Positions 1 through 9,324 of a stretch of 64,000 bases of DNA are shown in pieces. Under the pieces are notes generated by a model. It ran no database searches. It was given only the letters and a program-made list of their open reading frames with translations, and was not told where the DNA came from. The stretch is from Candidatus Dormiibacterota bacterium. GTDB taxonomy: Bacteria; Chloroflexota; Dormibacteria; Aeolococcales; Aeolococcaceae. The stretch spans positions 135,643 to 199,642 of the forward strand of contig CAWHWM010000004.1 of the NCBI GenBank assembly GCA_963833055.1, written 5' to 3'. How positions within the stretch are numbered: the first letter of the stretch is position 1; the number at the start of each line of letters is the position of its first letter. The translations under genes and the position numbers were made by a program.

Positions 1-214
1 GCGCGAACCGACCAGCCGACGGGCGCGAGTTCGACGGGTGGGGGTTCCGGGGGTGCGGGAGCGTCGCTGACCGGAGGGGCAGCGGCTGCCTCGTCAACCC
101 GACGACCGTCCTCGAGGATCAGGGGCGTGCCGCAACGCTTGCACGACGTGACCTCTCCCAACTCCGACCATTTCCAGCACGTCGGGCAACAGACTTTTAT
201 AACCACCGCTCATT
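1..214 (-). CDS. zinc-ribbon protein, 5' part only (gene continues beyond the left edge)
   Basis: The minus-strand frame opens with GTG at 214-212, with a TGA immediately upstream. It reads MVIKVCCPTCWKWSELGEVTSCKRCGTPLILEDG... (two CxxC pairs) and then a Pro/Ala-rich linker. The frame stays open to base 1. It is absent from the ORF track because it is truncated. Confidence 0.35.
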
Positions 215-322
215 CTCAGCAGTGGGGCCGGGGCAATCCGGTCCCACGCGCAGACGGTGCCGAGACCGTGACCGGTTCAGCGCACTCCGGAACAGATCCC
301 GGTATCCGCACGTTCCCTGGTC

Positions 323-1534
323 ATGAGCCTCTTCCCCCGCGTCGTGGGCGTTCTCGCAGTTCTGCTCCTGGCGGGCTGCAGCAGCCAGCCCGCTGCGACC
401 CCACCGACGAGGACGATCACGCCATCACAGAGCTCCTCAGCATCGGCTACCGCAACTCCCGCCACCACGCCTTCGCCGGCGCCCTCGACAGCCGCAGTCC
501 TGACGGCAACCGTGCTCCACCCGGAGTCGGTCACCTTCATCTCGCCCAACGTCGGATGGGTGCTCGGGCTGACACTCTGCGGTGGCTCATCGTGCCTCCG
601 GCTGGCGACCACTGCTGACGCAGGCACCTCCTGGAGCTGGGTCGCAGGCGCCGACCTGCCTGCGATATCGCCCACAAGTGACTGGGAGCTGCGTTTCGCG
701 AACAGTGAGGACGGATGGATATCGGGATCGCATCTGTACTCGACGCATGACGGCGGCCGAACATGGGCACAGGTGGCACTGCCAGGTGTCGGACCGAACG
801 CTTCGGTTGATGCTCTCGAGTCCGCTGACGGCCGTGTGTATGCCGAGGTTGCCGAGGGAACCGACGCCAACACAGGTGGTCCGGTCGCCCTCTTCGGAAG
901 CGTCGTCAGCGTCGACTCGTGGTACGCGGTGCCGGGCGTCACCACAGGTGGAGCGGGGTTTGGTGGCGATATTTCGCTCGCGGAGGGCGTGTTCTGGACG
1001 ATGCTGCATCCAGCGGTCGTGCGTGCGCAGGGGACTCAAGAGCTCTCCACACTCTTCAGCAGTACCAACGGAGTCACCTGGCACACCAAGACGCTGCCAT
1101 GCCCGTCCGAAACGACTGCGAGCGTTGGTGCCGCCACTTCCGAGCGGATCTTCATCGTCTGCGCGGGAGGTGGCGCCGCAGGGTCTGAATTCAAGACGGC
1201 CTACGTGTCCGATAACGCCGGCGCCAGCTATCAGCAAGTGTCAGACCCACCCTTTGGTGGGGACTTCGAGAGCGTCGCTGCATCGCCATCGAGCGTTGCT
1301 GTCGCGAGCTCGTCGGGTGGAACGCAAATCTATTCGAGCTTCAATGGCGGCCTGACATGGACGACCACATACGTTGTCGGTGATGGTGGGCTGGGTCTCT
1401 CCGATCTCGGTTTCACGACCGCGATGCAGGGCGTGGTGATTCATGGGCGGGTCCAGTACTCAGATACCGTCCAGCTGCTGATGACTCGCGATGGAGGCCA
1501 TACATGGGTTCCAGTCGTCGTGGTTCCGTCCTGA
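323..1534 (+). CDS. secreted lipoprotein with BNR/Asp-box beta-propeller (Ycf48/sialidase-like fold)
   Basis: 403-aa ORF. It has a signal peptide with a lipobox (VLAVLLLAGC-SS) and a Pro/Thr/Ser linker. Repeated Asp-box-like motifs follow (STHDGGRTW, SSTNGVTW, SSFNGGLTW, TRDGGHTW). Paralogs lie at 14200-15483 and 15746-16798. Confidence 0.8.
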   Translation: MSLFPRVVGVLAVLLLAGCSSQPAATPPTRTITPSQSSSASATATPATTPSPAPSTAAVLTATVLHPESVTFISPNVGWVLGLTLCGGSSCLRLATTADAGTSWSWVAGADLPAISPTSDWELRFANSEDGWISGSHLYSTHDGGRTWAQVALPGVGPNASVDALESADGRVYAEVAEGTDANTGGPVALFGSVVSVDSWYAVPGVTTGGAGFGGDISLAEGVFWTMLHPAVVRAQGTQELSTLFSSTNGVTWHTKTLPCPSETTASVGAATSERIFIVCAGGGAAGSEFKTAYVSDNAGASYQQVSDPPFGGDFESVAASPSSVAVASSSGGTQIYSSFNGGLTWTTTYVVGDGGLGLSDLGFTTAMQGVVIHGRVQYSDTVQLLMTRDGGHTWVPVVVVPS

Positions 1535-1604
1535 CCCCGTCGCTCGCCACTGTTTGTTACTGGGGCGCGATGGACGGGTTCGTGCGCTACTGCAGGATGG
1601 AGAT

Positions 1605-1955
1605 ATGCACCGTGTCAGGCGCGTTGTCGACATACCGACGTGCATCCGTCACTCGACCCTCGGCACCATCGCCCCGCAACGGCGATTGCCTGTTCTGCTT
1701 GCCATGGGCGCCGTAGCGCTGCTCGCCTCCGCATGCGGAAGTTCGCTTGGTGACAACACGCCGTGTTCGGCCTATCTCTCCATGGGCAACTCCGATCAGC
1801 AAAGCACCATCGTCGTCGTGCTCCAGCAGTTCGGTAACGTCAATCCCGGCAGTGCCGCCATCGCGTCGACCCAGCGTGCTGCATCGGCGTATTGCTCGTA
1901 TCCGATGCCGGGTGTCAACACCATCGGTGGAATGTTCGACAGCCGGCCGTCGTAG
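1605..1955 (+). CDS. small putative lipoprotein, unknown function
   Basis: The reading frame contains RRLPVLLAMGAVALLASAC-GSS (signal peptide plus lipobox-like Cys) followed by a roughly 70-aa mature part with 3 Cys. The start is uncertain: ATG at 1605, or ATG at 1704. Confidence 0.45.
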   Translation: MHRVRRVVDIPTCIRHSTLGTIAPQRRLPVLLAMGAVALLASACGSSLGDNTPCSAYLSMGNSDQQSTIVVVLQQFGNVNPGSAAIASTQRAASAYCSYPMPGVNTIGGMFDSRPS

Positions 1956-1979
1956 CCGGGTCACTGGAGAGTGAGGCCA

Positions 1980-3432
1980 TCACCCCTTGGTGATCGGCGG
2001 CTCAAGGAGCCACGCTGCAACCGACACTGGGACTGCCCACACCTCGCCACCGAGATCGAGCACGCTGCGGGTGACGATGACACCACGGTCCGTCAAAACA
2101 CGGAGCGTTGCCGTCTCACGCCTCCAGCGATCATCCACGTATTTGCTCTCGAAGGCCACGCCTCTCATCGATGGCCCGACGAAGTCCACTTCCCTTCGTG
2201 TCGGACGTGCATACATGACCGACGCGAACTGAGGAAACGATCCCGGTTGAAGCCCTTCCATCTGCCGAAGCAAAGTCAGACCGAACTGCTGCTCCGATAG
2301 CGCCGACACCTGTGGACAAGCGGTGTTGTCCGAATCCCGGATGCAGGCAAGGCGCGCCAGCAGCGGGTCAGTGAAGTAGCACTTCGGGTGCGACGCAGAC
2401 GGGGATGCGTGGTCAGGACGTCCCTGGGGGGTCGCCGGATAGCAAAGCCAGGCTGTGAATGTCGCAACCAGGTCATCGACTCGCTCGCGCGCAGTCGCGG
2501 GCGCGACGCCCAGGTTCCGGCCGAGGGATGTCAGGTTCACCGGTTGCGTCAACGCGCTTGCAAGGAGTGCGAGCAGAAGCTGCGCCTTGGCCGGGGTAAA
2601 TTCACGAGCGCGACGGAGTGCTTCCCCGCTGATGACCTCCCAGAGCGCGTTGGTGAAGTCCGGTTGGACCTCCGACTTCTGCAGGAAATCGCTGACTGCC
2701 CGCGGAAATCCCCCGACGCTCAGGTATGCCTCCCAAGCCAGAATGAGGTCCTCAAGCCAAGGCAATAGCTCCCCGATGGCCGCAGCCGACGCCGGATCGC
2801 GAAACTCGGACGCGCTGATGTGGAGTCCGTCGTCCGGCAGGCGAAGGCCTGTGGCCCTGCAAAATTGACGAAAGCCCATGGGGAGGAGCAGTCGATCGCT
2901 ATCGCGAGCGTCACCGCGCCGGCCGGCGAGGGCCTTCACTGCGTCGTCGAGTTCCGCGCATGGATGATCCGGTGAGAACGACGCAATCGCTACGAAAGCC
3001 AGCATCGTTGTCGCGTAGCCACTTGATGGTGGTCCACCACTTGCCGCTGACCGCGGTGATTTCATCCAGGAACCAGTAGCGCGGCTCATCCGCACTCCTC
3101 GTGGCAACGGTTCGCGCCGTCTTCACCAGCCGTTCCAGGTCGTTGGCGTTCAGCTCATCGCAGGGGAAGTGGATGATCCGGCGCGGAGAGATGCCGGATT
3201 GGAGGAGCGCGTAGATCGCCCTCTTCAGCTCCACCGACTTCCCGACCCGGCGGGGCCCTCTGAGGATGTAGAGGCCACCGGGCTCAAGGTTCTGGAGTGG
3301 TCTCGGCTCGTAGAACAACCGACCACCCTGCTGCAGCACGGCAATATCGGGGTCGTGCAGCTGCCAGTTCAGGGGGTCCTTCCACCAGGGGCAGACTGCT
3401 CCCAGCCTCTGGAGGAGCTCGCTGTTATTCAC
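1980..3432 (-). pseudogene. AAA+ ATPase of the AAA_14/DUF4143 family, one frameshift as sequenced
   Basis: The N-terminal ORF (2911-3432) carries a Walker A motif (LRGPRRVGKS) and a Walker B-like motif (YWFLDEI). The continuation (1980-3107) is in another frame and has the DUF4143-type C-terminal region (ALAGRRG...LLPMGFRQF...). The frames join if one base of the CC pair at 2954-2955 is removed, giving SSMRELDDAVKALAGR. Confidence 0.7.
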
Positions 3433-3664
3433 CGGCCTAGCCTATACCATTAAGTTAGGATAATACGGATTACTCGTACATTTACGGGATGGTTCTGCTG
3501 TAAAAGTATACTATTACGGAGCTATCGCCGAACGTGGCAGGCGACTTCCGTGGCCGTATGTCGCGCAACCAGCCGTGTTCGACGGACCCGTAATGGGGGC
3601 CATGCACTGCCTCGGTGCCAGTGATCGCGACGTGACCGCGCCACACTAGGCAGGTCAGGCAGGG

Positions 3665-4246
3665 TTGCAAGCGCGGTGGCCCTCTTCTGTCCGCAAAGCG
3701 ACGGTCGTGCGCGTTGGGAATAGCGTGATCGCATCAGCCGGGTTGGCGACGTCGGACGACGACGCGACGGAACGGGCCTTTGAAGCCGCCGTCACGCCGG
3801 AGATCAGGCGTCTCTACTCACTGGCGCTCTCGATCCTGGATGACGCCGGCGAAGCCGAGGACGCAGTCCAGGAAACGCTGCTCAAGGCGTGGCGGGTCTG
3901 GGACTCGCTGTCGCGGATGGATCGTCAGGCCGCGTGGCTGACGCGGGTGTGCGTCAACCACTGCATCAGCCGGCGGAGGATGCTGCGATCGCGCGGGTTC
4001 CCGCTGCCAGGGCTGATCGATCGCGCTAGCCCGTCAACGAGTTCCGGCGATGACGCTCAACGCATCGACATGGATCGTGCGTACCGGCGACTCTCAAGAA
4101 AACAGCGCGCCGCGATCGCCCTCAACTACCGCCACGGGTATTCCGTGGACGAGTGCGCCGTTTTCATGGGATGCCGCGCGGGGACCGTGCGAACGCACCT
4201 GGAACGCGGGCTCGCGAAGCTACGAAAGGAGCTGAAAGATGATTGA
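3665..4246 (+). CDS. ECF-type RNA polymerase sigma-70 family factor
   Basis: Region 2 is present (EDAVQETLLKAWRVWDSL...AWLTRVCVNHCISRRR), as is the region 4 HTH (LSRKQRAAIALNYRHGYSVDECAVFMGCRAGTVRTHLERGLAKLRKEL). The start is uncertain: TTG at 3665 or GTG at 3725. Confidence 0.85.
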   Translation: MQARWPSSVRKATVVRVGNSVIASAGLATSDDDATERAFEAAVTPEIRRLYSLALSILDDAGEAEDAVQETLLKAWRVWDSLSRMDRQAAWLTRVCVNHCISRRRMLRSRGFPLPGLIDRASPSTSSGDDAQRIDMDRAYRRLSRKQRAAIALNYRHGYSVDECAVFMGCRAGTVRTHLERGLAKLRKELKDD

Positions 4247-5198
4247 CATCGGTCCACGGCTGGACAGCCGGCTCCGGGGTAAGTTCGACCGTATCGAGGC
4301 GGAGGCTCCGCCGGAACGTCTCATGAGCTTCCAGCCACGCGCCGCCAGGCGTCGCCACCGGCTGCTGAACGCCGTCGTCGGCGTGGCCGCGGTGGCGGTC
4401 GTCGCGGGAGCGGCAACCGTCTTCGCATTGGAACTCGCTGGGCATGCACGTCCGGCGCCGGCGCCGGCACCGGCCTCAGCGCCGGGAGGCCCGCTCCCCA
4501 AGATGCCCGTCTTCAGCCCGCAGCCCGACCCGAACGTCTACAAGGACCTTCCGCTGCCGGCCTATGACACGGGGTTTCCAAAGTCGTGGTACATCGTGGT
4601 CCCGCTCACCAAGCACAGCGGATCGGCCGTACTGCCCGCTTTCATCCCCAGCGGGTGGGAGTACATCCAATACGCGTGCGTTGGACCAGGACACCTGCAG
4701 CTCGAGACCCCCGACGGTGTGGTCAACGAGAGCCTCAAGCCGTGCTCGAGCTCGACCAAACCCGTCGACGCGCAGATTTCAGGTGCGAGTGGCCCGTTGC
4801 ACGGTGCACCGGTCGCGTTGACGGTGGTCGCCAGCCCGTCCGTGCGCTGGGAGATGGTCGTTGCAGTGACGGCGCCGCCGACCAAGCTCCCGACACTGCC
4901 GGCCCTGCCTGCTGGCGCCCAGGTGTTGGTTCCTTTGACCTATGGAAACGGCATCGCGGCACTTCCGAGCTTCACTCCCCACGCCAACCTTTCGATGGAG
5001 TGGTGGTGCTCAGGGCCCGGCGGCATCCTGGTGTTCGTATCGAACGGAAACGAAAGCCAGGGCGCGTCGAACTGCGGTGTCAGCGGGAGTGGTGGGTCGG
5101 ATGACTACACCGGGAAACGTGAAACGCTGGTGGTCGACGTGAGTCCCGCCAACCAGTGGGAGATCATCGTCTACTGGCAGCCGGACCAGTCCGGGTAG
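4239..5198 (+). CDS. single-pass membrane protein coupled to the ECF sigma gene; putative anti-sigma factor
   Basis: Its ATG overlaps the end of the sigma gene (4239-4246). It has a short cytoplasmic N-terminus, one TM helix (LLNAVVGVAAVAVVAGAATVFAL), a Pro/Ala linker, and a roughly 230-aa extracytoplasmic domain containing Cys residues. There is no ZAS (HxxxCxxC) motif, so the function is inferred from position only. Confidence 0.55.
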   Translation: MIDIGPRLDSRLRGKFDRIEAEAPPERLMSFQPRAARRRHRLLNAVVGVAAVAVVAGAATVFALELAGHARPAPAPAPASAPGGPLPKMPVFSPQPDPNVYKDLPLPAYDTGFPKSWYIVVPLTKHSGSAVLPAFIPSGWEYIQYACVGPGHLQLETPDGVVNESLKPCSSSTKPVDAQISGASGPLHGAPVALTVVASPSVRWEMVVAVTAPPTKLPTLPALPAGAQVLVPLTYGNGIAALPSFTPHANLSMEWWCSGPGGILVFVSNGNESQGASNCGVSGSGGSDDYTGKRETLVVDVSPANQWEIIVYWQPDQSG

Positions 5199-5222
5199 CG
5201 AGCGACCCAATAGAGTCGTCGG

Positions 5223-6101
5223 ATGACCTCAACTCCCACTCGACGACTCGGCACATACGACGTCTCCGCCATCGGTTTCGGCGCTATGCAGCTTCCCGGC
5301 CGTGGCGTGTTCGGACCACCCAAAGATCGTGATCAAGCGCTGAAGGTCCTCCGCCGCGCGACGGAACTTGGCATCAATCACATCGACACCGCGCAGTATT
5401 ACGGCCCCGATGTCGCCAACGAGCTGATCTACAGCGCGCTGCACCCATATCCCGCCGACCTGGTGCTCGTGAGCAAAGTCGGAGCCCGCCGGGACCAAAG
5501 GGGAGGCTGGCTACCGGCCAACACACCCGAGGAGCTCCGCGCCGGAGTCGAGGCGAATTTGGCGTCGTTGCACGTGGACCAATTGGGTGTCGTCAATTTG
5601 CGATGCGGCGAAGCGGGGGAGCCCAATGACTTCTTTGACGATCAGGTGGGCGCGATGGCTGCCATGCATGAGGCGGGAATGATCGGCGGCGTCGGTGTGA
5701 GCAACGTCTCGGTTGCGCAACTCGAGCGCGCGCGGTCGATCACCGAGATTGTCTGCGTCCAGAACGCCTACAACCTGCGCGACCGTGACTCCGAACCGGT
5801 GCTGGAGGCGTGCGAAACCGCTGCGATTGCGTTTGTTCCCTTCTTCCCACTGGGGTCGGCATTTGGCGCCTCGGTGGACGTCACAGCGGACCAAGCAGTG
5901 ATGAACGTCGCGCACCGGCTCGATGCAACCACTGCACAGGTAGCACTGGCATGGCTGCTGGCACGGTCTGCTCAGATACTCCTCATCCCTGGGACGTCCT
6001 CGGTCGCGCACCTTGAGGAAAACGTCGGCAGCGCGTCGCTTGTTCTCGACGATCAGGCACTCGAAGAGCTCGCCGCACCGCCGGCGAACGGGACCAGGTA
6101 G
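5223..6101 (+). CDS. aldo/keto reductase family oxidoreductase
   Basis: 292 aa with family-typical blocks: IGFGAMQL, GINHIDTAQYYG, VCVQNAYNL, FFPLGS and LLIPGTSSVAHLEEN. Confidence 0.85.
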   Translation: MTSTPTRRLGTYDVSAIGFGAMQLPGRGVFGPPKDRDQALKVLRRATELGINHIDTAQYYGPDVANELIYSALHPYPADLVLVSKVGARRDQRGGWLPANTPEELRAGVEANLASLHVDQLGVVNLRCGEAGEPNDFFDDQVGAMAAMHEAGMIGGVGVSNVSVAQLERARSITEIVCVQNAYNLRDRDSEPVLEACETAAIAFVPFFPLGSAFGASVDVTADQAVMNVAHRLDATTAQVALAWLLARSAQILLIPGTSSVAHLEENVGSASLVLDDQALEELAAPPANGTR

Positions 6102-6135
6102 CACGGCGCACGCGCGGTAAGTTCGGAAGAACAGT

Positions 6136-6225
6136 TGGCGGAGGGAGAGGGATTCGAACCCCCGGGGGCTTGGCGGCCCCTGCGGTTTTCAAGACCGCTC
6201 CGATCAACCGCTCCGGCATCCCTCC
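6136..6225 (-). tRNA. tRNA-Ser (anticodon UGA), CCA encoded
   Basis: The reverse complement reads GGAGGGA-TG-CCGGAGCGGTTGATCGG...GCGGT-CTTGAAA-ACCGC-(long variable arm AGGGGCCGCCAAGCCCCCG)-GGGGGTTCGAATCCCTC-TCCCTCC-G-CCA. It has a 7-bp acceptor stem, a TTCGAAT T-loop, and a long extra arm typical of Ser. Confidence 0.9.
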
Positions 6226-6311
6226 GCGTGGGCACCGCCAGTTTAAGCGGCCCGGGCTGTCGCGGTCAGGCAGCATCGCGATGATTGACGTCCGTCCTGA
6301 GGGCGGTAAGG

Positions 6312-6707
6312 ATGACGAGCATGGTTTGGCTGATCGTCTTCGTCGTCTGTATCGCCGCCTTCCTGGGGATGCTCTTCTGGTACGGCCTGAGGGGCGAGCA
6401 GAACGCTGATCCCGCCATTGGGACCAACCGGCCATACCCGGAGGGAGTGGGGCCGACTGGACCCGGCGCGGACGTGGCGCCGTATCTTCCGACCTTCACC
6501 GGCAGCGACGCCGAGGAGTTCCGTCGCACAGCGGATCGGAAGCTCAGCCGCATGTTCCGGCAGCCTCAGGGCAAGGGGAAGAGCTGGATGGACGAACCGG
6601 GCGCGATGGAGGCAGCTGGACTGACCGATGCGCGGCCCGCGTCCACTGAGGCCGGGGTGCCGGCGGATCCCCCGCTGCGGCCGCACCGCCACAAGAAGCA
6701 CCACTAG
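6312..6707 (+). CDS. small membrane protein, unknown function
   Basis: ATG at 6312 gives MTSMVWLIVFVVCIAAFLGMLFWYGL (one TM helix) followed by a charged, Pro-rich tail ending HRHKKHH. The ORF as tracked starts at 6285. Confidence 0.4.
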   Translation: MTSMVWLIVFVVCIAAFLGMLFWYGLRGEQNADPAIGTNRPYPEGVGPTGPGADVAPYLPTFTGSDAEEFRRTADRKLSRMFRQPQGKGKSWMDEPGAMEAAGLTDARPASTEAGVPADPPLRPHRHKKHH

Positions 6708-7198
6708 GCGGCCGGCGTCATCGCCTCGAGTTGATCGGCGTGTTCCTCGAGATGACCGACGAGAAAACGCTCCACCAGCTCATCCACGTCCATGACGCCG
6801 AGTGACGGATGCAGTCCCTTGCGATCCCACTGGTCCGGCTGCATGTTCGTCAGGAATCCGCGGAGCTCGGCGATGTCGGCACCGGTGTCTGCCCAGAGCG
6901 CGTCCACCGACTCTCTGCGGCTGCGCTCGATCGCGCCGATGCGCTCCGGGTCCTTCTTGGTCCGTCCGAACGGCACCGGTTCGCCCGATGACTGGCCGCG
7001 CAACACCGGCCCCGCCTGTGCGATCCAGTACGGGATGAACTCGGAGAGATGCGCCCAGACCTGGCCGCGATCCCATCGCTCACCACTCTCGGGATCCGCG
7101 CCGGTGATCTCACCCGGCACCGGCTCCCTGTTCGCCGCGGCCGCAAGCCTCGCCTCGACGGAGTCGAGACGCGCGAGATACGCGTCGCGAGTGTTCAT
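6704..7198 (-). CDS. DinB-like (DinB_2 type) helical-bundle protein
   Basis: 164 aa. The start overlaps the upstream gene's stop (ATGA at 7195-7198). The overall pattern (W..H in RWDRGQVWAHLSEF, C-terminal GHLEEHADQL) resembles the DinB/YfiT superfamily. This call rests on resemblance only. Confidence 0.45.
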   Translation of the reverse strand: MNTRDAYLARLDSVEARLAAAANREPVPGEITGADPESGERWDRGQVWAHLSEFIPYWIAQAGPVLRGQSSGEPVPFGRTKKDPERIGAIERSRRESVDALWADTGADIAELRGFLTNMQPDQWDRKGLHPSLGVMDVDELVERFLVGHLEEHADQLEAMTPAA

Positions 7199-8127
7199 CG
7201 CAGCGGCCGCAGCGGTTCGCCGGCGATCACGGTGTTGCGCAGCGTTCCGAGTCGCTCGACGCCCAGCTCAACCACATCGCCGGGCTTGAGCCACGGATAC
7301 TGATCGACGCCGTGCACGAGCGACAGCTCGAGAATGCAACCGGTGCCGCATGTGCCGGACCCGATCACATCGCCCGTGTCCACGCGTGTTGCGCGCGACG
7401 CGTACGCGAGCATCTCCTCGAAGCTCCAGTAGATGTCGGCAAGCGATGCGCGTGAGTATTCGACGCCGTTGACCGTCGCGGTCATCGCCAGGTCGTAGCT
7501 CTTGTCTCGCCGTGTGTCCTCGAGCTCATCAGGTGTCACGAACACCGGGCCGAGCGACGTTGCAAAGTCCTTGCCCTTCACCGGTCCCATGCTGAGCTTC
7601 ATCTCGCGCCGCTGGATATCGCGAGCGCTCCAGTCGTTCATCACGCAGTACCCGGCGATCGAGCGTTGCGCCTGCTCGGGATCGAGGTCGGCGCCACCCA
7701 GACCGACCACAGCCGCGACCTCGAGCTCGTAGTCCAGCTCCACAGATCCGGGCGGAATCGCGACGTCATCGTCCGGCCCGCACACTGCGTAGGGATTGCT
7801 GAAATAGAAGACGGGCAGCTCATACCAGTCGGGATCCATCTCGAGCCCGCGCCGCTGACGTGCGGTGCGCACGTGCTGCTCGAACGCGTAGAAGTCGCGC
7901 ACCGTCGGCGGGCGCGGAATCGGTGCAAGCAAACGCACAGCGTCGAGCTCCAGCACGTCACGCGGATCGTGTTGCACGGCATCGCCCTCTGCCGCAAGTC
8001 GCGTGCCGTCATCGCCGAGCAGACCGAGCAGTGTTGTCCCCGGAGCGCATGCGTGAATGCGCCCGTCGACCACCATGCCGGCACGCTCGCCCGCGTGATC
8101 CGGCACCGTGAAGGTCACCCAGCGCAT
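7195..8127 (-). CDS. fumarylacetoacetate hydrolase (FAH) family protein
   Basis: 310 aa with FAH-domain blocks: FYFSNPYAVCGPDDDVAIPPGSVELDYELEVAAVVG, IAGYCVMNDWSARDIQ, GPVKGKDFATSLGP and GDVIGSGTCGTG. Confidence 0.85.
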   Translation of the reverse strand: MRWVTFTVPDHAGERAGMVVDGRIHACAPGTTLLGLLGDDGTRLAAEGDAVQHDPRDVLELDAVRLLAPIPRPPTVRDFYAFEQHVRTARQRRGLEMDPDWYELPVFYFSNPYAVCGPDDDVAIPPGSVELDYELEVAAVVGLGGADLDPEQAQRSIAGYCVMNDWSARDIQRREMKLSMGPVKGKDFATSLGPVFVTPDELEDTRRDKSYDLAMTATVNGVEYSRASLADIYWSFEEMLAYASRATRVDTGDVIGSGTCGTGCILELSLVHGVDQYPWLKPGDVVELGVERLGTLRNTVIAGEPLRPLR

Positions 8128-9161
8128 CGGCGCCTCCGCCGTCGCTCGACGCTCGCGAACACCAAGCCGGCGGCGATGACCACAAGCGCACCCAGAACAA
8201 GGAAGGGCGCAGCGCCGCCAAATGCCTGCGATGCCGTGGCAGTTGCGTTCGCGACGAGTCCAAGACTGGTCTCTGCATTGCCGGCGCCGTCTCCCGAACC
8301 GAAGGCGCTCGATGTCCGGACGTGGTGAATGGGAACCCAGGCAGCCGATTCAGCCACCGGCAGGACGGTGACCACCGGCACCGGATGCGGGGTCGCCACC
8401 GTGACAGGGTGCGCTGCGGCGGGGGGTCGCGGTGCGCTCTCGGCCGTACGCTCGATAACGATTGCCATGCTGCCGTAGATGGTGAAGGTTCGAGCGAACT
8501 GCGCCATCGTCGTCCCGTTGTACGCCCCGGTCAGCGGATCGCTGAACTCGAGCGTGCCGGCGGTTGGGTCGACGCCCATGAGCACGACCACATGGCCTGC
8601 CTCGGTCCAGGGAATGATCCGGCCGTCCCACGCCGTCCAGGTCCGAGCAGTCTCCGACACGTAGTTGACGGTGGTCCAGACCAGGACCGGGTGCCCGGCC
8701 TCGACCGCGGCATACAGCGCCTGCGGATTCCAGCCGGTGAGTTGCGAGGCCACAGGCACACCCAGTGCTCTGGCTTCCGCGGCGACCACGGGCGCGTAGG
8801 CGCCCCAGCCGGCGTACTTCGCCCAGTGGGGATTGCTTGCGGGCTCCGAACCCATGACGTGGCCGACGAAGTCCTTGTACGGATCGCCCCACTCGGCGGG
8901 CAGGCCGTTGGCGCCCAGCACAGGGGCGCGGGTATCGGTGGGGAAGTGGTCCTGCACGTACTGCTGGGTCGTGTGCACGCCGACCGACGCGAGCGCGATG
9001 GTCAGCGACGTGGCCTCGCAGTCGAGCGGCATCTGCATCCGCTGAGTGCCCACGGGAAGCCGGAACATCGCGGCGTGGGCCGTGACAGGGGCCGTCGCCA
9101 TCACTATGGCGCCCATCCCAAGGGCCACGATCGCGGCGGTCCCCCTCCGTGCATGGACCAC
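8115..9161 (-). CDS. secreted papain-like cysteine peptidase (peptidase C39-like family) with C-terminal membrane anchor
   Basis: It has a signal peptide (AIVALGMGAIVMATAPVTAHA), a candidate catalytic Cys in MPLDCEATSLTIALASVG and a candidate His in EAGHVVVLMG. A Pro-rich linker follows, then a C-terminal TM helix (APFLVLGALVVIAAGLVFA) and the tail ERRRRRRCAG. Confidence 0.6.
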   Translation of the reverse strand: MVHARRGTAAIVALGMGAIVMATAPVTAHAAMFRLPVGTQRMQMPLDCEATSLTIALASVGVHTTQQYVQDHFPTDTRAPVLGANGLPAEWGDPYKDFVGHVMGSEPASNPHWAKYAGWGAYAPVVAAEARALGVPVASQLTGWNPQALYAAVEAGHPVLVWTTVNYVSETARTWTAWDGRIIPWTEAGHVVVLMGVDPTAGTLEFSDPLTGAYNGTTMAQFARTFTIYGSMAIVIERTAESAPRPPAAAHPVTVATPHPVPVVTVLPVAESAAWVPIHHVRTSSAFGSGDGAGNAETSLGLVANATATASQAFGGAAPFLVLGALVVIAAGLVFASVERRRRRRCAG

Positions 9162-9191
9162 GTCCCTACTCTACGAGGCGCCCGATCTGGG

Positions 9192-9220
9192 TTGGTCGCG
9201 AGCGGGACACGACATATACT
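9192..9220 (+). promoter_or_regulatory. candidate sigma-70-type promoter of tRNA-Ser(GCU)
   Basis: TTGGTC (9192-9197), a 17-nt spacer, then TATACT (9215-9220). The tRNA 5' end lies 12 nt downstream. Confidence 0.4.
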
Positions 9221-9231
9221 GGCCCCGGCCT

Positions 9232-9324
9232 GGGGAGGTGGCTGAGCGGCCGAAAGCGCCCGCCTGCTAAGCGGGTGAGGGATGTTAAGTCCCTCCGGGG
9301 GTTCGAATCCCCCCCTTCCCGCCA
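9232..9324 (+). tRNA. tRNA-Ser (anticodon GCU), CCA encoded
   Basis: GGGGAGG-TG-GCTGAGCGGCCGAAAGC...CCCGC-CTGCTAA-GCGGG-(long variable arm TGAGGGATGTTAAGTCCCTCC)-GGGGGTTCGAATCCCCC-CCTTCCC-G-CCA. The acceptor stem pairs with one G-U. Confidence 0.9.

Noticed and set aside
6226-6300. Promoter for tRNA-Ser(UGA) (CTGACC-17-TTAAAC / TAAACT on the minus strand)
   Set aside because: The hexamers are weak and several alternatives fit equally well, so I do not list it as a feature.
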